Shown piece after piece: positions 1 to 8,769 of a DNA stretch of 64,000 bases. The DNA lies in assembly GCA_035911135.1 (NCBI GenBank), contig JAMHWD010000042.1, forward strand, positions 7,609 through 71,608, written 5' to 3'. The notes below the pieces were generated by a model, which was not told the DNA's origin, searched no databases, and saw only the letters and a program-made list of their open reading frames with translations. Both the position numbers and the translations under genes were made by a program. Numbering within the stretch: the first letter of the stretch is position 1; the number at the start of each line of letters is the position of its first letter. The DNA comes from Alphaproteobacteria bacterium. GTDB lineage: Bacteria; Pseudomonadota; Alphaproteobacteria; Micavibrionales; Micavibrionaceae.

Positions 1-699
1 TTCTCGCTGGAGATGTCATCGGATCAGCTCGCCACACGTATTTTATCCGATCAGTCCGGTATTTCCGGCGATGCGATCCGTAAGGGCAATATCCGTCAGG
101 ATGATTTCCGCAAATTCGTCGAGGCCAGTCAGGTCTTAAGTCAGGTGCCGCTTTATATTGATGATACACCGGCCCTTTCCATTGGTGCGGTACGCCAGCG
201 CGCGCGCCGCCTGAAGCGCCAGCATGGGCTGGGGCTGATTGTGGTCGATTACTTGCAGCTTCTGCGTGGCTCCGGCTCCAAACAGGGACAGGATAACCGC
301 GTGCAGGAAGTCTCGGAGATTACGCGGGGGCTCAAGGCCATTGCCAAGGAACTGGATATTCCGGTTATGGCGCTTTCCCAGCTCTCCCGCGCGGTCGAGC
401 AGCGCGAAGATAAACGCCCGCAGCTTTCCGACTTGCGGGAATCGGGATCGATCGAGCAGGATGCGGACGTGGTCATGTTCATCTACCGCGAGGAATATTA
501 TCTCTCCCGTCAGGAACCCGAAGTCGGGACTGAGAAACATCTGGAATGGCAGGACCGCATGGGCAAGGCCCATAACGTGGCCGAAACCATTGTCGCCAAG
601 CAGCGTCACGGTCCGATCGGTACAGTGCGCCTGTTCTTCGATTCCAACCTCACGCGCTTCAGCGATCTTGATACCGAGCATTACGAGCAAGAGTATTAA
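1..699 (+). CDS. dnaB: Replicative DNA helicase DnaB, C-terminal part (5' end lies outside the window)
   Basis: The frame is open from nt 1. It has RecA-like DnaB motifs (GLIVVDYLQLL, ALSQLSR..E.R.DKRP.LSDLRESGSIEQDADVV.F.YR) and a typical C-terminus. Confidence 0.9.
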   Translation, partial: FSLEMSSDQLATRILSDQSGISGDAIRKGNIRQDDFRKFVEASQVLSQVPLYIDDTPALSIGAVRQRARRLKRQHGLGLIVVDYLQLLRGSGSKQGQDNRVQEVSEITRGLKAIAKELDIPVMALSQLSRAVEQREDKRPQLSDLRESGSIEQDADVVMFIYREEYYLSRQEPEVGTEKHLEWQDRMGKAHNVAETIVAKQRHGPIGTVRLFFDSNLTRFSDLDTEHYEQEY

Positions 700-701
700 G
701 A

Positions 702-1805
702 ATGAACGCAGGTGCTGGCGTGCTTGAAATCGACCTTACGGCGCTGGCCGCCAATTATACTTTTCTCAAAAATCAGGTGGGCGCGGATTGTCTGCTGACC
801 CCGGCGGTTAAGGCCAATGCTTACGGGACAGGGATTGCTGAGGCTGCTCCTGCCCTTTACGCAGCCGGTGCGCGGCGCTTTTTTGTGGCGACGCTCGGCG
901 AGGCGCTGGAGCTGCGCGATGTTATGCCGCAGATTGAAATCGGTGTGCTGGGCGGTTTGATGGCTGGGGCGGCTGGTGAATTCGCCGCGCATAACCTGAT
1001 CCCGGTGCTGAATGATGCGGCGCAAATTCAATACTGGGCGGATGAGAATAAACGCTCCGGCTTGAACCGCAAATCCATCTTGCATATTGATACCGGCATG
1101 AACCGTCTGGGCCTTGGCGCGGCCGATCTGAAAGCAGTCTTGGGTCTTTCGGGGGATATCATGCAGGCGGCCAGTATCGAAACCGTGATGAGTCATTTTG
1201 CCTGTGCGGATGAAAAGTTCCATCCCCTGAACGAGGAGCAGTTTAAAAATTTCAGCGCCGCTGCCAAAGCTCATTTCCCATGGGCTAAAAAATCCCTCGC
1301 TAATTCATCCGGCATCATGCGCGATAAAAAATATCATTTCGATGCGGCCCGTCCCGGTATGGCGCTATACGGCCTTAATCCCACGCCGGAGATGCAAAAT
1401 CCCATGCGCGCGGTGGTGAAATTATCCGCGCCAGTGTTACAAGTCCGGATGGTAAAAAAAGGTCAAAGCGCTGGCTATGCAGCCGGGTATGTTTTTGAAA
1501 ACGATACGGCCTGTGCCACAATCGGCATTGGCTATGCCGATGGGTTCTCGCGCCATCTTAGCGGTAAAGGGCAATTATTCTGGAATGGTATCGCCTGTCC
1601 TATTCTGGGGCGGGTTTCCATGGATCTGACCATACTTGATATCGGCCATATTCCTGAAGACAAGCGTCCTGCCCCCGGTGATATGGTCGAGGTACTGGGG
1701 CCGCATCAAGATGCCGATACCTTGGCTGCTGCTGCCGGGACGATTGGCTATGAAATCCTCACCCAACTGGGGCGGCGCTATACGCGCCATTATATCCGGC
1801 CTTAA
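702..1805 (+). CDS. alr: Alanine racemase
   Basis: It has the PLP-lysine motif VKANAYGTG, the C-terminal YGxxPxGR...VSMD motif, and a typical length of 367 aa. It starts 2 nt after the dnaB stop. Confidence 0.9.
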   Translation: MNAGAGVLEIDLTALAANYTFLKNQVGADCLLTPAVKANAYGTGIAEAAPALYAAGARRFFVATLGEALELRDVMPQIEIGVLGGLMAGAAGEFAAHNLIPVLNDAAQIQYWADENKRSGLNRKSILHIDTGMNRLGLGAADLKAVLGLSGDIMQAASIETVMSHFACADEKFHPLNEEQFKNFSAAAKAHFPWAKKSLANSSGIMRDKKYHFDAARPGMALYGLNPTPEMQNPMRAVVKLSAPVLQVRMVKKGQSAGYAAGYVFENDTACATIGIGYADGFSRHLSGKGQLFWNGIACPILGRVSMDLTILDIGHIPEDKRPAPGDMVEVLGPHQDADTLAAAAGTIGYEILTQLGRRYTRHYIRP

Positions 1806-1852
1806 ATTAAGGGCTGGAAAAATCGCGGCGCAGGGTATAATTTCTCTCTATC

Positions 1853-2026
1853 ATGAGCGTTGAAATCGAACCTAAATTGCTGGAAATTCTGGTCTGTCCC
1901 TTAACCAAGGGGCCGCTGCGCTATGACCGTGAGGCTGGCGAGCTGGTCTCCGAAGGGGCCAAGCTGGCCTATCCTATACGCGACGGCATTCCCATCATGC
2001 TGGCCTCCGAGGCGCGGGAACTCTAG
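1853..2026 (+). CDS. Trm112/UPF0434 family small protein (57 aa; absent from the supplied ORF track)
   Basis: My translation is [57 protein letters not shown]. This matches the classic [11 protein letters not shown]...[15 protein letters not shown] signature. Confidence 0.85.
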   Translation: MSVEIEPKLLEILVCPLTKGPLRYDREAGELVSEGAKLAYPIRDGIPIMLASEAREL

Positions 2027-2042
2027 TTTATTTCTAAAAATC

Positions 2043-2071
2043 TTGACCTTTTTCTTTGACATAATTATAAG
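2043..2071 (+). promoter_or_regulatory. Putative sigma70-type promoter (TTGACC-17-TATAAG) abutting the HAD gene ATG
   Basis: TTGACC lies at 2043-2048 and TATAAG at 2066-2071, with a 17-nt spacer. The ATG at 2078 is 6 nt after the -10 box, implying a leaderless or near-leaderless mRNA. Confidence 0.35.
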
Positions 2072-2077
2072 TATGTC

Positions 2078-2800
2078 ATGATTTCGCAGCGCCTTGTCGT
2101 CTTTGATTTTGATGGAACGCTTTATCCTTTGGAGGATGAGCATCTGGCTGTGCTCAAGGAATCGGTGAGCCGCTCGGTGCGCGAATTATCCGGCAACCGC
2201 TGGAGCCATGAAGCGGCGCTGGAAAACGGCCTCAAAAGTTTTTATGCCCATGGGCTTTCCTATCGCTCGGTTTGTGAGGAATTTAAAATATCCATGGCCA
2301 TTGGTCACGAGACCCATCACCGCAATCTGCATCTTGATCTGGTTCCTGATCCGGCGCAGATAAAGGCGCTGGAGGATTTGCGCGATTCCGGGGCGGCCAT
2401 GATTATCCTCACGCAGGCCTCGCAGGAATTTTTATCGCGGAAATTACCCATGCTGGGGCTTGAGACGCTTTTTCCGGCGGAAATGCGCCTCGCGCATGAA
2501 GATTATAATCTGGCCATGAAGGCGCATTGCACCGGACCTTTCATGCAGGCGGTGCGCCGGGCAAGGGATGTAACCGGGCAGCGTTTCCATCCGCATGATG
2601 TCTGGATGCTGGAAGATTCCCAGCAGAATTTGAAAATTCCTCATGCGCTGGGCTGGAATACGGTTTATATCGGCCGGAATGATATCCCCGGAGCGCCCCA
2701 TCTTCATGTTCAGGTCCGGTCCCTGCAGCAGGCATTGCAGCAGATAATGTCACCGGGTTCTGCAACGCATGATTTGACAAGCCCTGTAATCCCCGTTTAA
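2078..2800 (+). CDS. HAD-superfamily hydrolase (possibly pyrimidine 5'-nucleotidase-like)
   Basis: The N-terminal HAD motif I is present (VVFDFDGTLY). The length of 240 aa is typical. Confidence 0.7.
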   Translation: MISQRLVVFDFDGTLYPLEDEHLAVLKESVSRSVRELSGNRWSHEAALENGLKSFYAHGLSYRSVCEEFKISMAIGHETHHRNLHLDLVPDPAQIKALEDLRDSGAAMIILTQASQEFLSRKLPMLGLETLFPAEMRLAHEDYNLAMKAHCTGPFMQAVRRARDVTGQRFHPHDVWMLEDSQQNLKIPHALGWNTVYIGRNDIPGAPHLHVQVRSLQQALQQIMSPGSATHDLTSPVIPV

Positions 2801-2802
2801 AT
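2774..2802 (+). promoter_or_regulatory. Putative promoter for the leuA leader (TTGACA-17-TTAAAT), inside the 3' end of the HAD gene
   Basis: TTGACA lies at 2774-2779 and TTAAAT at 2797-2802, with a 17-nt spacer. The predicted transcription start falls near the ATG at 2810. Confidence 0.4.
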
Positions 2803-2866
2803 GTTGCGCATGGCACAAACCTGTAACACAGCGCTGCTCCTTCTTTCCCTGCTTATCCGCCCTTAA
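2801..2866 (+). promoter_or_regulatory. Candidate leucine leader peptide (MLRMAQTCNTALLLLSLLIRP, or from the second ATG at 2810) for leuA attenuation
   Basis: Four consecutive Leu codons (CTG CTC CTT CTT, 2834-2845) are followed by two more (2849-2854). Overlapping alternative hairpins follow: 2857-2871, 2860-2867/2897-2904 and 2876-2893. All lie in the leuA 5' region. Confidence 0.5.
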
Positions 2867-2959
2867 GGCGGCATGGGGCGCTTTCTCGCGCCCGGTCTTA
2901 AGGGTTTCAAAAATCAAAAATCCCGTTACAATCTTTTGAAATATCAAGGCAGGAATCAC

Positions 2960-4540
2960 ATGACACAGATTAACAAAGCCAGCGGCAGCAAAGACCGCGT
3001 TATTATTTTCGACACCACATTACGAGATGGCGAGCAAAGCCCTGGCTGCTCGATGAATCTGGATGAAAAACTGAAAATGGCTGTCTTGCTGGACGAGATG
3101 GGCGTGGATGTGATCGAGGCCGGATTTCCGATCGCCTCGAAGGGGGATTTCGAGGCCGTGCACCAGATTGCCTCTACGGTTAAAAATGCCGTTGTCTGCG
3201 GATTATCGCGCGCGAAAAAGGCTGATCTTGAGGCCTCAGGCGAGGCGATAAAACCTGCCAAGCGCCGCCGTATTCATACCTTTATCTCGACCTCGCCCTT
3301 GCATATGAAATACAAGCTGCAAATGCCGCCGGAAGAGGTCCTGAACGCGGTGATCGAGAGCGTATCCTTCGCCCGGCAATTCACCGATGACGTAGAATGG
3401 AGCGCGGAGGACGGATCGCGCACGGAAGATGATTTTCTGTGTCAATGCGTTGAGGCTGCTATTAAGGCCGGCGCAACCACCATCAACATTCCCGATACGG
3501 TCGGTTATGCGGTTCCGGCGGAATACGGCGCGAAATTTGCCATGCTGATGAACCGCGTGCCCAATATCGACAAGGCGATTTTGTCGGTCCATTGTCACAA
3601 CGATCTGGGGCTGGCCGTGGCCAATTCTCTGGCAGGCGTAGCGAACGGCGCGCGCCAGATTGAATGCACAATAAATGGCATCGGGGAACGCGCCGGGAAT
3701 GCCGCGCTGGAGGAGATCGTCATGGCGCTGCGTACGCGGGCCGATTTGCTGCCCTATACGAACGGGATTGATACCACGAAAATCACCAAGCTTTCGCGCA
3801 CGCTCTCCAGCATCACCGGGTTTAACGTCCAGCCGAACAAGGCAATCGTGGGCGCGAATGCTTTTGCTCATGCCAGCGGCATCCATCAGGACGGGATGCT
3901 CAAAAACGCGCAGACCTATGAGATCATGACCCCGGAATCGGTGGGCTTGAGCGAATCCAAGCTCGCGCTGCAGAAACATTCCGGGCGCAATGCCTTTAAA
4001 TCCAAGCTTGCGGAAATGGGGTATGAGCTGGGCGATAACGCGTTTCAGGATGCGTTTAACCGCTTCAAGGATCTGGCCGACAAGAAAAAGGAAATCTTTG
4101 AAGATGACCTGATTGCGCTTCTGGAGGACGGTTTACAGGGCGAGCATAACACCATCCAGTTTGTCTCGCTGCAGGTGCAGGCCGGGTCCAAGGGGCCGCA
4201 AACTGCCGAGATTGTTTTGAATGTAGAAGGGGCTGAGAAAACGTCCCGCGTGAATGGCAATGGCCCGGTGGATGCAACCTTCTGCGCGATCCGGGATATC
4301 TACCCGCACCCGGATGCGGATCTGGAGCTTTATCAGGTTCACGCGGTCACAGGCGGCACAGACGCGCAGGCCGAAGTTTCCGTGCGCCTTCGCGAAGGCG
4401 GGCAGACCGTCAGCGCTTCGGCGGCGGATGCCGATACGCTGGTGGCCTCTGCCCGGGCTTATGTCAGTGCGCTGAATAAATTGCTCCGCAAGCGCGGTTA
4501 CATGAACCCGCAAACCGCCGGCGGCGAGGTTAATCCTTAA
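2960..4540 (+). CDS. leuA: 2-isopropylmalate synthase
   Basis: FDTTLRDGEQSPG and HCHNDLGLAVANSL motifs are present, plus the C-terminal LeuA dimerisation/regulatory domain. I took the start at MTQINKAS (2960) rather than the track start at 2873, which would overlap the leader structures. Confidence 0.9.
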   Translation: MTQINKASGSKDRVIIFDTTLRDGEQSPGCSMNLDEKLKMAVLLDEMGVDVIEAGFPIASKGDFEAVHQIASTVKNAVVCGLSRAKKADLEASGEAIKPAKRRRIHTFISTSPLHMKYKLQMPPEEVLNAVIESVSFARQFTDDVEWSAEDGSRTEDDFLCQCVEAAIKAGATTINIPDTVGYAVPAEYGAKFAMLMNRVPNIDKAILSVHCHNDLGLAVANSLAGVANGARQIECTINGIGERAGNAALEEIVMALRTRADLLPYTNGIDTTKITKLSRTLSSITGFNVQPNKAIVGANAFAHASGIHQDGMLKNAQTYEIMTPESVGLSESKLALQKHSGRNAFKSKLAEMGYELGDNAFQDAFNRFKDLADKKKEIFEDDLIALLEDGLQGEHNTIQFVSLQVQAGSKGPQTAEIVLNVEGAEKTSRVNGNGPVDATFCAIRDIYPHPDADLELYQVHAVTGGTDAQAEVSVRLREGGQTVSASAADADTLVASARAYVSALNKLLRKRGYMNPQTAGGEVNP

Positions 4541-4553
4541 AAGATCGCCATAT

Positions 4554-4627
4554 CGTCATCACACGCTTCATGCGTGTGATCCATGGCCGCTTCAAGCTGG
4601 ATTACACGGATAAACCGTGTAATGACG
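4554..4627. repeat. Two-hairpin palindromic (MITE/REP-like) element, copy 1
   Basis: Sequence: CGTCAT-CACACGC-ttca-tGCGTGTGAT-ccatgg...ATTACACGG-ataaa-CCGTGTAAT-GACG. It is nearly identical in architecture and sequence to 52183-52243. It lies at the convergent leuA/orf152 junction. Confidence 0.6.
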
Positions 4628-4637
4628 AATTTGATAT

Positions 4638-5096
4638 TTACTCCGCTGCCGGAGGCCGGAATGGCACGGCAACATCGGCCGCATCCTGATGCCGCAGGTC
4701 AACGGGTGCGGCGATCAGTTGCTCCAGCGTGTCACCCATCCGGTCTCGCGGCCATTGGCTTTCAAAATCCTGAGCAAGGCGCAAGACGGCGACTATCTGG
4801 CTGTCCCGTGCGCTCGTGATATTCTCAATCGCCTTTTCGCTGCGGATCATATTGGGGCTGGCCTGCGCGGCGATGCCGGGAAATTTACCGCCATCAATAT
4901 TATAAATAATGACAAAGCGGTGCGGCATTCCATCAATGGTGCTGCGGTAATCCTTGGCGCTGCGATGTGGCAGGAACGCCTCGGCGATTTCCTGAATGAT
5001 CGGGCTTTTGGGCGGTGATTTTGGTGTATGCGTGGCGGCGATACGCGTTGCGGCGCGTTTGCTAAAATCCGGTGTTATGACCTTGTTATTATCCAT
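4638..5096 (-). CDS. Hypothetical protein (152 aa)
   Basis: This ORF is downstream of alaS on the same strand and does not overlap a better gene. I recognise no motif. Confidence 0.45.
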   Translation of the reverse strand: MDNNKVITPDFSKRAATRIAATHTPKSPPKSPIIQEIAEAFLPHRSAKDYRSTIDGMPHRFVIIYNIDGGKFPGIAAQASPNMIRSEKAIENITSARDSQIVAVLRLAQDFESQWPRDRMGDTLEQLIAAPVDLRHQDAADVAVPFRPPAAE

Positions 5097-5162
5097 TATA
5101 AATGTCCCTGCTTACCGCCATCATGGCGCAAGTCGGCAGAGAAAATCAAATTTAATGGCTTT

Positions 5163-7832
<2,670 letters not shown>

Positions 7833-7859
7833 TGCCAAATCCTGTCATTCTTCTCTATT

Positions 7860-7990
7860 GTCATCCCCGCGGGTCCTGCATGGCAGGACCTTAAAACAGC
7901 GGGGATCCAGAAAACGCGCAGCGCAAAAGGCGCTGCACCTGATGGATCCCGTTCGTGCGGATGGCCTTTGGCCATGCCAACGGGATGACG
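7860..7990. repeat. Composite palindromic element with GTCAT...ATGAC ends
   Basis: The left part is GTCAT-CCCCGC[GGTCCTGC-atg-GCAGGACC...]GCGGGGAT. Next comes GCAGCGC-aaaag-GCGCTGC. The right part is ATCCCGTT[..ATGGCC-tttg-GCCAT..]AACGGGAT-GAC. It fills the divergent alaS/hisN-like intergenic region. Confidence 0.5.
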
Positions 7991-8007
7991 GTATTTAAGA
8001 GGTATTT

Positions 8008-8769
8008 ATGCAGGAATTTCTGACCCTTGCCAATAGTCTTGCCGATCTGGCCCGGCCTATCGCGCAAAAATATTTCCGCCAGCCCTTCGAGGTCATCGCG
8101 AAGGCAGATGCCAGCCCGGTCACCATCGCTGACCGCAGTATCGAGCAAGCCATACGGGATGCCATTGAAAAATCGCGCCCCGATGATGGTATATTCGGCG
8201 AAGAATTTGGCATCAAGCCCTCAAAAAATGGCCTCACCTGGGTGATTGACCCGATTGACGGCACGAAATCCTTTGTTATCGGCAGGCCAACTTTTGGCAC
8301 GCTGATAGCGCTCTGCGAGGATGAAAAACCTGTGCTGGGGATCATCGACCAGCCTATTACGGGCGAGCGCTGGGCCGGGGCGAGGGGGATGCTATCAACT
8401 TTTAACGGCCAGATTATAAAAACGCGCCCTTGCGTATCGTTGAAAGATGCCTGCTGCGCCTCGACCACGCCTGCCATGTTTGATGGTCTGCCGCCTGTTT
8501 ATTTCGATATCGAAAAAGCCAGCCGCATGATGGCATGGGGCGGGGATTGTTATATGTATGGTTTGCTGGCAATGGGGCATATGGATGTCACGATCGAGGC
8601 GAATTTATCGCCCTATGATTTTGCGGCGCTGGTTCCGGTGGTCGAAGGGGCAGGCGGAAAAATCTGCGACTGGCAGGGCAATGCGCTTACCCTTAAATCC
8701 GATGGCCGTGTTGTTGCCATGGGGGATGCCGGGCTGTGGGATCAGATAAAAAAACTTATGCCGGCTTAA
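8008..8769 (+). CDS. hisN: Inositol monophosphatase family protein, probably histidinol-phosphatase HisN
   Basis: The WVIDPIDGTKSF motif is present. So is the HisN-like segment GRPTFGTLIAL...PVLGIIDQPITGERW. An AAGAGG RBS precedes the ATG. Confidence 0.7.
   Translation: MQEFLTLANSLADLARPIAQKYFRQPFEVIAKADASPVTIADRSIEQAIRDAIEKSRPDDGIFGEEFGIKPSKNGLTWVIDPIDGTKSFVIGRPTFGTLIALCEDEKPVLGIIDQPITGERWAGARGMLSTFNGQIIKTRPCVSLKDACCASTTPAMFDGLPPVYFDIEKASRMMAWGGDCYMYGLLAMGHMDVTIEANLSPYDFAALVPVVEGAGGKICDWQGNALTLKSDGRVVAMGDAGLWDQIKKLMPA

Noticed and set aside
2873-2959. The N-terminal extension of leuA as given in the ORF track (MGRFLAPGLKGFKNQKSRYNLLKYQGRNH...).
   Set aside because: The extension covers the hairpin-rich leader and has no LeuA homology. 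The conserved protein begins at MTQINKAS (2960).
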